A stretch of DNA of 64,000 nt from a bacterium (lineage in GTDB: Bacteria > Electryoneota > JAOADG01): contig OY820579.1 of assembly GCA_963681965.1 (NCBI GenBank), positions 2,752,001 to 2,816,000 of the forward strand. Direction: 5' to 3'. The notes under the pieces were generated by a model. The model was given only the letters and a program-made list of their open reading frames with translations. It searched no databases and was not told where the DNA came from. Below are positions 48,952 to 59,233 of this stretch, in pieces. Position 1 is the stretch's first letter; every line of letters starts with the position of its first letter. A program made the position numbers and the translations under genes.

Positions 48952-49776
48952 TTAGTGCGTAGCTCCAACCGGTATCGGCTGGGTTTCCTGCAATCGTTTA
49001 CGCAATTCCTCAAGTGGCGTCTTGATCAGGATGCTGACACGCCGATTTTCCGGTGCGGCGAGATTTCCACTATTTAATGGACGGGTATCGGAGAAACCAG
49101 TTACCTGTTGAATGCGGAATGACTTCAAACCGTATCCAATCATAACACGACGAATACTATTGGCACGTTCGGTCGAGAGTTCCCAATTGGTATAACCACT
49201 ACCGGAACCGCCATATTGGCGGTTGTCGGTGTGTCCTTCGATTGCGATCGGATATCCCAATTTCTCAATTTCCGGTGTTAATAATCGCATCAATTGATGA
49301 AGTTGCCGAGTGACATTTGCCGATCCGACTTCGAAGAAATTGAATTTGGTATTATCGCGTAATTCAATTCGTATACCTTCATCGGTCACCGATATATCGA
49401 CAAATTCACTTAACTCATCGAACTCCGGACGCGATTGCAATGCATTTTGCATCCGCGTGGCTTCTTCGGTCAGTGACTTCTCTAGTTCCTGCATGACTTG
49501 AGCGGTGGTGGGAGGAGGTGCTTTTCCGGGGACAGTCGATATTTTTGCCGAACCCATCGATTCGGAAAAACCAATCGGATCGCGGAAATATCCGGCGATT
49601 GCTTCTTTAGTTGGTTGGTCCTGACTGAGAATCCAAAGCACGATAAACAACGCCAACATTGCAGTGACGAAGTCGGCATAAGCAACTTTCCAAGCGCCAC
49701 CATGTCCACCTCCATGTGCCGCTTTTTTCGGGCGTCGTGGCGGTGGTTGCGATTCGTTTTCGGGAGAGGCTTCCAC
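48952..49776 (-). CDS. motB: flagellar stator MotB
   Basis: WKVAYADFVTAMLALF, IEGHTD, NWELSTERAN, NRRVSI. Confidence 0.93.
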   Translation of the reverse strand: MEASPENESQPPPRRPKKAAHGGGHGGAWKVAYADFVTAMLALFIVLWILSQDQPTKEAIAGYFRDPIGFSESMGSAKISTVPGKAPPPTTAQVMQELEKSLTEEATRMQNALQSRPEFDELSEFVDISVTDEGIRIELRDNTKFNFFEVGSANVTRQLHQLMRLLTPEIEKLGYPIAIEGHTDNRQYGGSGSGYTNWELSTERANSIRRVMIGYGLKSFRIQQVTGFSDTRPLNSGNLAAPENRRVSILIKTPLEELRKRLQETQPIPVGATH

Positions 49777-49778
49777 AA

Positions 49779-50633
49779 TTATCCTTTACCGAGTTGCGAT
49801 TCAAGTTCATCGAATGTCGGGCGCAATCCATCGTAAATGGCGCGGCGAGCATATTCAGCCGCCATTTTTGGATTCATTCCGCGAGCAATACCCAGAATGC
49901 CGTACTTCAATACATTTAATATCCGCGATTCTTCCATATTGCCGAGTTCTATGTTCATCGCCACTGGTCCCGCGAAACCATACGATAGTAATACCCCCAA
50001 GAAGGTTCCGACCAACGCAGCAGCGACTTTTTTACCAACGACTACCGGTCCTTCGGCAATGGCAGACATGGTTTTAATGATACCCATAACTGCCGCTACA
50101 ATACCGAGACCGGGAAGTGCGTCTGCGGTGTTGGCGAGTAGTTGCTGAGGTGTACTATGTTCTTCGTGAAGGGTTTCGATGTCGGTGTCCATTAACAATT
50201 CCAAATCGTAATGGGTAATACCACCAACAACAACCAGTTTTAAATTATCGGTCATGAATTTAATCAATTCATGGTTGTTCAAAATCAATGGATACTTAGA
50301 AAATATCGGGGAATTTCGAGGCTCCTGAATGTGCGATTCCAAAGCGATCAAGCCGTCACGGCGGGCAATCTGACCAAGGTCGTGAATCAATTTCAACGAT
50401 TCTAAATAGGTTGCTCGATCGGGCAATTTTCCGGTAATCGAACCAATCACTTTCGTGATCAGTAACTTGATTGTTCGCTGATTGCCTTTAATGATCAGTC
50501 CACCTAGTGCACCACCGCCAATGATCACGAACTCATACCACGGTTCGAAAATAAGTGCAATGTGTCCACCGCCCGCAGCATATCCACCGAAGACGAACAG
50601 CACTACCAGTATTAGACCAACGATTACAGTCAT
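49779..50633 (-). CDS. motA: flagellar stator MotA
   Basis: EFVIIGGG, RRDGLIALE, PGLGIVAAVMG, AALVGTFLG, EYARR. Confidence 0.93.
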   Translation of the reverse strand: MTVIVGLILVVLFVFGGYAAGGGHIALIFEPWYEFVIIGGGALGGLIIKGNQRTIKLLITKVIGSITGKLPDRATYLESLKLIHDLGQIARRDGLIALESHIQEPRNSPIFSKYPLILNNHELIKFMTDNLKLVVVGGITHYDLELLMDTDIETLHEEHSTPQQLLANTADALPGLGIVAAVMGIIKTMSAIAEGPVVVGKKVAAALVGTFLGVLLSYGFAGPVAMNIELGNMEESRILNVLKYGILGIARGMNPKMAAEYARRAIYDGLRPTFDELESQLGKG

Positions 50634-51053
50634 ATTGTTACCCTACGCGAGTCCTATTGTGTTCGACAAATTAACGCAACAGAAGCGTGTTTGCGTTGTG
50701 TAGAACTGCTGTCTTCTAATTTCTCGGTCGAATCGATTTGTCTGCTCGATAAAAATTGACAAACGGAACGCCCTGTTTTCGAATTACGCTTGATTACAAT
50801 TTTGATAATTCCAATAAATATATGCAATAACGAGAAAATAATCTAATTATTGTGTTATATTTATTGTTTATCATTTAGTAATAACAACTAATATTGAGGT
50901 TGCCAGATACTCCTCGAGAGTCTCTCCTCCGGGATTCCAATCAATAAAATAAAGTTAATGCTTTTCAACCGTTATGTCGAGAGTTCACGGTGTGATCTGA
51001 ATACCATTTTGTTGTTTCATTGCGTGACGGTTTCGATCATTCTACCTTGCTGC

Positions 51054-51719
51054 ATGATGAATCGCAACATGCACTTTGGCATTTTACTCGATTTTGACGG
51101 CACCATCACTACTATCGACACTCTTCAATATTTGCTTGACCGATATGGGATGGCAGATTGGCGGAAATTGGATGATCAAATCGAATTCGGCGAATATCGC
51201 GAATCCGATGCGCTGAAAATTCAGATGAGTTCTTTGAGAATTTCTCCACAACAAGCGATCGATGAACTGATCGCTGTGATCGCTATTCGGGATGGATTCA
51301 AAGAATTTTTTTCTTATGCGAAGCAACATTCAATCCCGATTCGGATCGTTTCTGGCGGTTTCGGGGAGATTATACATCCGTTTCTTCAATTTCACGGGAT
51401 CGATTGCGAGGTAGTAGCGAATCGAATTGCCGGATTCAATGCCGAAGGTGGTTGGTTGGTTTCAAACGACGTAGAACCATTGCCCGATTGTCGTTACAGT
51501 TTATGTAAATGCAAATCGGCTGATTGGTTGCATGAGAGCGGTTCCAAGGTTCTTTATATCGGAGATGGTATTACCGACTTTTGTGTCGCTGGACGCTCCG
51601 ATATTGTCTATGCATTGAAGAATGGTGCACTGGAACGAAAATGTATCCGCGAGCACCTACCTTACTTTTCCTATACGAACTTTTTTGAAATTTCCGCACA
51701 TCTTGAATGTGTCGAATGA
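51054..51719 (+). CDS. HAD-IB phosphatase (MtnX-like)
   Basis: DFDGTIT, VSGG, CK, YIGDGITD; start uncertain. Confidence 0.85.
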   Translation: MMNRNMHFGILLDFDGTITTIDTLQYLLDRYGMADWRKLDDQIEFGEYRESDALKIQMSSLRISPQQAIDELIAVIAIRDGFKEFFSYAKQHSIPIRIVSGGFGEIIHPFLQFHGIDCEVVANRIAGFNAEGGWLVSNDVEPLPDCRYSLCKCKSADWLHESGSKVLYIGDGITDFCVAGRSDIVYALKNGALERKCIREHLPYFSYTNFFEISAHLECVE

Positions 51720-51734
51720 TTGCTGGAGAAAGAA

Positions 51735-51959
51735 ATGGCTTTGCGATTTCAATTGGTTGATACTGGCGAGCAACTGCCGCTTTTCATGATACCGACTCCT
51801 GTATCGAACAATAATTCTACCAAAACGATGAAACTTGCCGATGCTGCCCATATTTTCTGTCCAGTTTGCGGTGCCGAAACTGTTCAGGAGAATTTAAAAA
51901 CCATCTGCCGAAGTCGAGTCTGTACCTACAGGATTGTGTTTAATTGTTCCGATTGTTAA
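51735..51959 (+). CDS. small Cys-rich putative metal-binding protein
   Basis: CPVC, CRSRVC, CSDC; GGAG RBS before ATG 51735. Confidence 0.6.
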   Translation: MALRFQLVDTGEQLPLFMIPTPVSNNNSTKTMKLADAAHIFCPVCGAETVQENLKTICRSRVCTYRIVFNCSDC

Positions 51960-52123
51960 TCGGAATCGCTTCATACCGGTTCAATTGCAATTCTTGTCAT
52001 TAGGATTCGGTCCTCTGTCGAATCTTGTTTGTCATAACTTTGGGTTATTCTCTTGCCGACTGCTATTTTTCAGTCGGCAATTCGAGTCGTATAATATGGG
52101 AAGAAACAATTAGTGAGGAACAT

Positions 52124-53182
52124 GTGGCTGAACTACGCGAGCAGCTTTATGATGCTCTGAAAACAATAAAATATCCCGGGATGAGTCGGGATATCGTATC
52201 GTTTGGTTTAATCAATGAATTGGATGTCGATACTTCCGGGAAGGTGACAGTCAAACTGGAATTAACTACTCAAGATACCAATATTGCGAAAACACTGGGT
52301 TCGGAAATTCGTACCGTACTCATGAAATTATCTGGAGTAACAGAGGTTGAAGTGTTTGCCAAGCAACTTCCACCGAAACAACCTCAAATTGGTGGTCATG
52401 GTTCTCCCGGTGCACCTGAAACTCCTTTGGTTCCCGGTGTTAAACACATCGTGGCGGTTGCTTCCGGAAAAGGCGGGGTCGGAAAATCGACAGTAGCAGT
52501 CAACTTGGCTTTGGCGATGGCTCAATTAGGCAAGCGAGTCGGAATTCTCGATTGCGACATTTATGGACCATCGATACCGATGATGTTTGGCATCGATGAG
52601 GCACCGGAAATTGCCGAGAGCAAGATTATACCGCATGAGAAATTTGGCGTGCGAATCATGTCAATTGGATTTTTGATTCCGCAAGATCAGGCGCTAATCT
52701 GGCGTGGTCCCATGGTAATGGGTGCGATCGAGCAGATGTTGAAAGATGTCCATTGGGGCGATTTAGATTTTCTGTTTGTGGATATGCCGCCTGGAACCGG
52801 CGATGCGCAATTGACGATGGCACAGAAAGTCACTTTATCTGGCGCAGTCATCGTGACTACTCCGCAAAATCTCGCTTTACTCGATGCAATCAAAGGGGTA
52901 ACGATGTTCCGGAAAGTTGATGTCCCGATCATCGGTCTCATCGAGAATATGAGTTACTTCCATTGTCCGAAATGCAATGAACGTACCGATATCTTTTCTT
53001 CTGGGGGAGGAAAGCGGGAAGCTGACCGGTTAGGTATTCCATTTCTTGGTGAAATTCCCTTGAATGCCGGAATCCGAGCAGCCGGAGATAGCGGCGAGCC
53101 GGTTGTTATTGCACATCCTGAATCGCACGAAGCGGAAGTGTTCCGGGCTTTGGCGCAAACAGTCGCAAACGAATTGAAGTGA
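52124..53182 (+). CDS. apbC: Mrp/ApbC Fe-S carrier ATPase with N-terminal DUF59-like domain
   Basis: SGKGGVGKST, DIYGPS, WRGPM, DMPPGTGD, ENMSYFHCPKC; GTG 52124 after GAGG. Confidence 0.92.
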   Translation: MAELREQLYDALKTIKYPGMSRDIVSFGLINELDVDTSGKVTVKLELTTQDTNIAKTLGSEIRTVLMKLSGVTEVEVFAKQLPPKQPQIGGHGSPGAPETPLVPGVKHIVAVASGKGGVGKSTVAVNLALAMAQLGKRVGILDCDIYGPSIPMMFGIDEAPEIAESKIIPHEKFGVRIMSIGFLIPQDQALIWRGPMVMGAIEQMLKDVHWGDLDFLFVDMPPGTGDAQLTMAQKVTLSGAVIVTTPQNLALLDAIKGVTMFRKVDVPIIGLIENMSYFHCPKCNERTDIFSSGGGKREADRLGIPFLGEIPLNAGIRAAGDSGEPVVIAHPESHEAEVFRALAQTVANELK

Positions 53183-53213
53183 TAACCGAATAATAATTGT
53201 AATTGAGGTACGA

Positions 53214-53516
53214 ATGGCATCCGAAGAAGAAATCATGGCTGCACTAGGCACCGTTTTCGATCCCGAAACCGGATTGGATATTGTCAGTATGGGCTTGGTT
53301 TACGATATCCAAATCGAAGGAACAGGGGTACAAGTCAAGATGACGCTGACAACGCCGGGATGCCCCCTATCCGATCGACTTTCGGAAGGGGCACGAACAG
53401 CGGTGCAGCAACTTCCGGGAGTGGAATCCTGTAATGTCGCAATCGTTTGGGATCCGCCTTGGCATCCGCGAATGATGTCGGACGAAGCGAAACTCCAATT
53501 AGGCTTTAAACTGTGA
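53214..53516 (+). CDS. DUF59/SufT Fe-S assembly factor
   Basis: DPE..DIV.MGLVY, MTLTTPGCP, VWDPPW...MS. Confidence 0.9.
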   Translation: MASEEEIMAALGTVFDPETGLDIVSMGLVYDIQIEGTGVQVKMTLTTPGCPLSDRLSEGARTAVQQLPGVESCNVAIVWDPPWHPRMMSDEAKLQLGFKL

Positions 53517-53788
53517 GTGACGATCTCGATCAATGGGAAGGGTGGGACGACCCACTCAAAGAAGTTGCACAATTTATCTCGGCAATTCCATCTAGAAGAA
53601 TTGCCGAGGAATTGTACCGGGTCTTCTTACGAGAGATTGCAGTTGATCGCATGCGCTCCGATGGTGTCGACCCGATGGATGTAACCGTAAATCGCCGCTA
53701 TTTTGCCGACCACAATCAGGAATTGACGCAACTTGCGCGAATACGTCTTCTGGAGTGGTGTGCATCGGTCGCATCACAAGAGGGATGA
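53513..53788 (+). CDS. hypothetical protein
   Basis: Overlaps both neighbours by 4 nt (translational coupling); no motif recognised. Confidence 0.6.
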   Translation: MSDDLDQWEGWDDPLKEVAQFISAIPSRRIAEELYRVFLREIAVDRMRSDGVDPMDVTVNRRYFADHNQELTQLARIRLLEWCASVASQEG

Positions 53789-54162
53789 TGGACGGGTATC
53801 CAGAAGTTTACCTCGATCATTTCCAGTATCCACGTTGGGTAGGTCAAGTTGAAAACACTACTCACCACTCCGTAAATCATGTTCTCCCTGGAACGGGTTG
53901 TTTCGACCAATTGGAAATCACATTATGCGTTCATGACGATATCGTAGAAGAAGCACGCTTTCGTGGACGATTATGTTCTGGTTCGGTCGCGGCAGCGTCT
54001 TTATTGATGACGATGATCCAAAATAAGTCGATATCCGAGATTATGAAGATCAATAAAGCAGATTTAGCGAATATCTGGTCATTTATTCCCACTGGCAAAG
54101 ACCACAGTATCGAGTTGGCGATCTCGACTTTACATTCTGCGCTATCACCGACTGGAAATTAA
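53785..54162 (+). CDS. IscU/NifU-N-like scaffold, third Cys replaced by Ser
   Basis: DHFQYPR.VG, GCFD, F.G..C....AAS, KDHS in place of KxHC. Confidence 0.8.
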   Translation: MMDGYPEVYLDHFQYPRWVGQVENTTHHSVNHVLPGTGCFDQLEITLCVHDDIVEEARFRGRLCSGSVAAASLLMTMIQNKSISEIMKINKADLANIWSFIPTGKDHSIELAISTLHSALSPTGN

Positions 54163-54437
54163 AATTGTAAGTAAAAATAATTATATGATTTTGATAACCT
54201 CACTAAGAAGAAAACAAGTCCTTAATAGGATGTATCTCGATCGTAATTGCGAACATCAGCCTGCTTGAGACGATCACAAAAATCTGTACTCTTGGAGAAA
54301 CTGAAAAAAAACTCTTCTCTGATGCTATGTTATTGTTATTTAGATAGAGCTTGTCCTTTAAAGCATTGCTCTGACCAACTTCAGGTATTATACTAAAATT
54401 CTGAAACTTCTAATTTCTAAGACTGATCGAAGAAACC

Positions 54438-55151
54438 TTGTTGAAGCATCCACAATCGAGATTACTCTGCGCATTTGCGTGGACATTATTGTTATTGCTA
54501 AGCAAGGATTTTTGGGTGCTGGCAAGTATTACAATTTGTTTACTTTTCGCAGCATACCGAGCAGGATGGGCAAGAGGTGGCGGACCGAGATTCTGGTATT
54601 TAGGCATCATGTTCTCAGTCACTGTGATTGCATTCTCAGTCCGAATTTACCCAAGTTTCTCCTGGATTTCCGATGGCTGGGAACGGGGATTACCAGTTGC
54701 GACTAGATTAATCGGTCTATTCGCAATCGGCGTCTGGACAATGGCAGGATTAACACCAGCGCGTTTGATTCGAGAATTGGAACGGTGGTTCTACCCGATT
54801 TCGAAAATATTACCACGGTTTCGACAGCTAGCGATCGGGTTGACGGTGGCAATGGCAGCGTGGGGTTGGATGCGTATTGAAACCGACCGAATTAAACAAG
54901 CCACTATTGCCCGGGGAATTGATTTTCGCGGTTCACTATCAGATAGATTACAAAAGTCGCAATTGATGCTCTTTCAAACGATTGCAATCGCATTGCGACG
55001 TGCCGATACGATGACAGTGGCTTTGTATTGCCGAGGATGGCGCGACGATCAACAACGATTGACGGCTGAAGCGATGCCGAATCGGGATCTCGTATTCTGC
55101 GTGTTAACCGCGATATTGGTGATTGGTGTAGGATTTTGGCAACGATGGTAA
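54438..55151 (+). CDS. ecfT: ECF transporter T component (EcfT/CbiQ-like)
   Basis: Hydrophobic; IKQATIARG and ALRRADTMTVALYCRG coupling motifs; precedes truA. Confidence 0.75.
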   Translation: MLKHPQSRLLCAFAWTLLLLLSKDFWVLASITICLLFAAYRAGWARGGGPRFWYLGIMFSVTVIAFSVRIYPSFSWISDGWERGLPVATRLIGLFAIGVWTMAGLTPARLIRELERWFYPISKILPRFRQLAIGLTVAMAAWGWMRIETDRIKQATIARGIDFRGSLSDRLQKSQLMLFQTIAIALRRADTMTVALYCRGWRDDQQRLTAEAMPNRDLVFCVLTAILVIGVGFWQRW

Positions 55152-55939
55152 CACAACGCTACCGGTTTCGCGTCGGTTATCTTGGCACCAATTTTGTCGG
55201 TTGGCAGTTTCAACCCAATGAGCGTACTGTTCAAAACGAGTTGCAAAACGCATTCCGGGCAATCGGTGAACCAGTATCGTCAGTTATCGGTGCTGGTCGA
55301 ACGGATTCAGGTGTTCATGCTACCGGACAAGTAGCCCACGTTGATCTTGTGCGTGATTGGAATCGGATTAAATTAGAACGAGCCGTAAATTCTCAGCTTC
55401 CGGATGATATTCGGATTTACGATGCGGAATTAGCTACAGCAGATTTTCATGCGCGATTTAAGGCTAGCGGACGGTGTTACATCTATAGGATCTCGTTGAT
55501 TGAAGATCCACTGCGACACGATACTGAATTGTATTGGGAGTATCCGGTCGATCGCGAACTAGTCGATTCTGCTTGTAAAGCTATTGTTGGATCGCACGAT
55601 TTCAGTGCATTTATTCAAACGGGAAGCAACAACAGTCCAATTTGCAATGTCCATCAGGCTAATTGGGAATGGGAAACGAATTACCGTTTTCGATTTAAGA
55701 TCTATGCCGATCGATTTGGTTGGAAAATGGTACGACGATTGGTGGGCGTGATGCTGACAATCGGACGAAAAAAGTTTCCAGTCGATTTCATTGACGAGTT
55801 GCTTCGGACCGGGATTGAACCGAAATGGTGCCAGGTCGTACCCGCACAAGGATTGATTTTCGCCGGGGTTACTTACCCCGAAGTGTTTGGTGGACCGGAA
55901 CAACCCGATCCGGTCTGGTTTGATCGAACTAATTGGTGA
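55145..55939 (+). CDS. truA: tRNA pseudouridine synthase A
   Basis: [35 protein letters not shown]. Confidence 0.95.
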   Translation: MVTQRYRFRVGYLGTNFVGWQFQPNERTVQNELQNAFRAIGEPVSSVIGAGRTDSGVHATGQVAHVDLVRDWNRIKLERAVNSQLPDDIRIYDAELATADFHARFKASGRCYIYRISLIEDPLRHDTELYWEYPVDRELVDSACKAIVGSHDFSAFIQTGSNNSPICNVHQANWEWETNYRFRFKIYADRFGWKMVRRLVGVMLTIGRKKFPVDFIDELLRTGIEPKWCQVVPAQGLIFAGVTYPEVFGGPEQPDPVWFDRTNW

Positions 55940-55947
55940 GGATAAAA

Positions 55948-56592
55948 ATGAAATTTTTTCTCGATACTGCATCGGTACAAGAAATTCGCGAAGCGGCAAG
56001 CTGGGGTATTTTAGATGGCGTGACAACCAATCCATCCCTAGTTGCCAAGGAAAAAGTCGGGTCGTTTGAAGACCTCTTACGCGAAATCACTGCAATTGTT
56101 CCCGGTCCAGTTTCGGCTGAAGTCGTTTCGCTTGACTCCGATGGGATGATGAAAGAAGCACATCATCTTGCAAAAATTGCCGATAATATTGTCATCAAGA
56201 TTCCCTTGATCCCCGAAGGGCTGAAGACCGTCGTCAAATTGACCGCTGAAGGTATTAAAACCAATGTCACGCTCTGCTTTTCCAGTGGTCAGGCGATTTT
56301 AGCGGCAAAAGCCGGAGCGACGATGGTATCTCCGTTTGTCGGACGTCTCGACGATCTATCGCAAGATGGCATGAAATTGATCGAAGAGATCGTAACCATT
56401 TACCGTAACTACGATTTTTCGACCGAAGTATTGGTTGCATCGGTCCGACACCCGATTCACATTCAACAAGCTGCATTAATCGGTGCCGATATTGCCACAA
56501 TCCCATGGAAAGTGTTTCAACAATTAGTTCACCATCCATTAACCGATAGTGGTTTGCAAAAATTCCTGGACGACTGGAAGAAGCGGAATTAA
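55948..56592 (+). CDS. tal: small-family transaldolase
   Basis: [31 protein letters not shown] (Glu and Phe favour transaldolase over FSA). Confidence 0.9.
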   Translation: MKFFLDTASVQEIREAASWGILDGVTTNPSLVAKEKVGSFEDLLREITAIVPGPVSAEVVSLDSDGMMKEAHHLAKIADNIVIKIPLIPEGLKTVVKLTAEGIKTNVTLCFSSGQAILAAKAGATMVSPFVGRLDDLSQDGMKLIEEIVTIYRNYDFSTEVLVASVRHPIHIQQAALIGADIATIPWKVFQQLVHHPLTDSGLQKFLDDWKKRN

Positions 56593-56663
56593 GCTGAACC
56601 TAGTCCGAAATCGACTAGTAATCAAAGTATTGAAAACGGATTGAATCGCTCGAGTGACACAGT

Positions 56664-57908
56664 ATGATTAGATCATTTTTCATCGGTATCCTAATCGGTG
56701 GGATATTAACAGCCGGATGGTGGTTTACGCACCGTAATCAAACGCCGGTAGCGACTAATCTTCGCGCAACTCAAACTGGCGTTAATGCTCTGGTTTCCAC
56801 TCAACCAACGTCGATATCGACTTCAGCTTCCAATGAAGCCTATATCAACCGGACGAACGATTCCGTCTATGCAACTCGAAGCAATGCCATCACTCGTGCT
56901 GTGGCAATTGCTACTCCGGCGGTGGTCGGTGTGAACGTAACTGCGGTTCGGGAACAATTGGTGCGAATGAATCCTTTCAACGATCCATTCTTCAGCGGAT
57001 TGTTTCCACCGGAAGTCGTTCGACAACGGATCGAATCAATTGGAAGCGGTTTCCTGATTTCCTACGATGGATACATTCTTACCGCCGATCATGTGGTTGA
57101 AAATGCTACTGAAATTGTGATCACATTAGTCGGTGGCAAACAAGAAAACGCTCGATTGATTGGTACCGATAAAGTATCCGATGTTGCCTTACTGAAGATC
57201 AATGGCAGCAACCTTCCCTTCGTAAGACTATCCGATTCGCGCGATATCTTAGTTGGCGAATGGGCGATAGCGATGGGCAATCCATTTGGTCTATTCAATA
57301 ACAATGTGAAGCCGTCCGTCAGCGTTGGTGTGGTGAGTACGATCGGTCAGGATTTTGATCGAAATTCCGAGGGGCGGGTTTATCGCGATATGATTCAGAC
57401 CGATGCTGCGATCAATTCCGGAAACAGCGGTGGTCCGCTGTTGAATGCGCTAGGCGAAGTCATTGGAATGAATACGATGATTTACACTCCGGTACAGAAT
57501 CGTCAAGGCGTTGGACCATCGGCTGGCGTAGGATTCGCTATTCCCGCCAATCGATTGAAAGCGACGATTGAAGTATTGAAAAAAGGTAAATCGCTGAATC
57601 GCGATTTCAATACCGGGATGCACGTTCAGAATCTCGATCCGCAAATTATCCGGTCACTTCGACTAAAAGCGGAAACTAAAGGTGTGATCGTTGCTGACGT
57701 CGATCGCGGTTCGCCAGCGGACAAAGCTGGAATTCAGCCGAGCGATATATTAATCGCAATGGATGAATACGAAATTTCCGATGTTCCATCGGTCCGTCGC
57801 GCATTGGATCGATTGGATTTAAAAGTCGGCGATCTGGTCAAATTGAAACTGTTGCGAGACGGATCGGAAAGGTCAGTGCAAATGCGGTTGGAGGCTTTTC
57901 GCAAATGA
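56664..57908 (+). CDS. htrA: HtrA/DegP-like serine protease with one PDZ domain
   Basis: GSGF, TADHVV, DVALLK, QTDAAINSGNSGGPL, SPADKAG. Confidence 0.92.
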   Translation: MIRSFFIGILIGGILTAGWWFTHRNQTPVATNLRATQTGVNALVSTQPTSISTSASNEAYINRTNDSVYATRSNAITRAVAIATPAVVGVNVTAVREQLVRMNPFNDPFFSGLFPPEVVRQRIESIGSGFLISYDGYILTADHVVENATEIVITLVGGKQENARLIGTDKVSDVALLKINGSNLPFVRLSDSRDILVGEWAIAMGNPFGLFNNNVKPSVSVGVVSTIGQDFDRNSEGRVYRDMIQTDAAINSGNSGGPLLNALGEVIGMNTMIYTPVQNRQGVGPSAGVGFAIPANRLKATIEVLKKGKSLNRDFNTGMHVQNLDPQIIRSLRLKAETKGVIVADVDRGSPADKAGIQPSDILIAMDEYEISDVPSVRRALDRLDLKVGDLVKLKLLRDGSERSVQMRLEAFRK

Positions 57909-59233
57909 TCGCACGTTATTCATTACCTGAAATGGCGTCAATTTGGACCGAAACTGCGAAATTTCAACGCTGGTTGGCGGTGGAATTAGCGGTTGTTCGA
58001 GTTCGTGAAGCGATGTTTCCGGAAGAAGTACCTACCGGAACTTCTGATTATCTGGCGAAAACCGCTAAAATTAATATTGCCAGAATTCAAGAAATTGAGG
58101 CGACAACCAATCACGATGTGATTGCATTCATCACTCAAGTAGCTGAAACCTGTGGTGAACCGGGACGACACATTCACTTCGGCTTAACCAGCAATGATGT
58201 AGTCGATAGCGCATTCGGACTGGCAATGCGCGACGCTTGCGACATCCTAATCGGTAAATTGGATGAATTGATCGAATCTGCTCGAAATCTGGCGCTGCAA
58301 CACCCACATACCGTGATGATGGGTCGAACACATGGTATGCATGCCGAACCGATTACCTTTGGCATCAAAGTCGCTGGGTGGGTCGATGAATTGTTGCGCC
58401 ATCGCGAACGGTTGCTTCATGCAAAACAGGGAGTAGCGGTAGGAAAGTTATCCGGCGCAGTTGGAGCTTATACCTTATTGTCTCCGGAAATCGAAGCGAA
58501 GGTAATGGACGTTCTTGATTTGAAGGTTGCATCGCATTCAACCCAAATCATTCCTCGCGATCGACATGCCGAATTACTTTCAAGTATTTCTATTCTGGGC
58601 GGTGGACTGGAACGGATCGCGACCGAAATCCGAAATGGTCAGCGAAGCGAATTAAGCGAGCTAGCCGAACCGTTCGGAAAAGGACAACGTGGCTCGAGCG
58701 CGATGCCGCATAAACGGAATCCGATTCTGTGCGAGCGCGTTTGCGGCGGTTCAAGGGTGCTACGCGGTTATGCCGTCGTCGGTTTCGAGAATATGGCTCT
58801 GTGGATGGAACGCGACATCTCACATAGTTCCGCCGAGCGAATCGTAATTGCCGATGCATTTGTCCTTGCTCACTATTTGCTGCATTTGATGCATAAAATC
58901 GTCTCAGGTTTGACCGTCGACGAAAAACGAATGAAAGAAATCGTCAAGAGTACCCGTGACTTGCATTTATCGCAGCGCATTCTATCGGCATTGGTCGCAT
59001 CGGGCAAGTCGCGCGACAAAAGTTATGAGTTAGTTCAAAAAGCGGCATTTACTGCCAAAGCGCAGAAGAAATCGTTGCTAGTCATTGCCGCCAATGAGAA
59101 TTGGTGGGACATGTCTCAGGAATTTATTGCTACAATTTGTGATCAAAAACCCGACCGTTATTGGCGAGATATTTATCGCCGAGCGGGAGTGAAGCCATTA
59201 TCGACTGGAGGTAGGAAGATTGGAAAAGCGTAA
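57905..59233 (+). CDS. purB: adenylosuccinate lyase
   Basis: MIARY, HDVIAF, HFGLTS.D, GRTHG.HAEP, GSSAMPHKRNP. Confidence 0.95.
   Translation: MIARYSLPEMASIWTETAKFQRWLAVELAVVRVREAMFPEEVPTGTSDYLAKTAKINIARIQEIEATTNHDVIAFITQVAETCGEPGRHIHFGLTSNDVVDSAFGLAMRDACDILIGKLDELIESARNLALQHPHTVMMGRTHGMHAEPITFGIKVAGWVDELLRHRERLLHAKQGVAVGKLSGAVGAYTLLSPEIEAKVMDVLDLKVASHSTQIIPRDRHAELLSSISILGGGLERIATEIRNGQRSELSELAEPFGKGQRGSSAMPHKRNPILCERVCGGSRVLRGYAVVGFENMALWMERDISHSSAERIVIADAFVLAHYLLHLMHKIVSGLTVDEKRMKEIVKSTRDLHLSQRILSALVASGKSRDKSYELVQKAAFTAKAQKKSLLVIAANENWWDMSQEFIATICDQKPDRYWRDIYRRAGVKPLSTGGRKIGKA

Noticed and set aside
48952-50633. Zorya ZorAB defence system
   Set aside because: Canonical MotA length and MotB WKVAYADF motif; no long ZorA tail and no zorC/D/E neighbours
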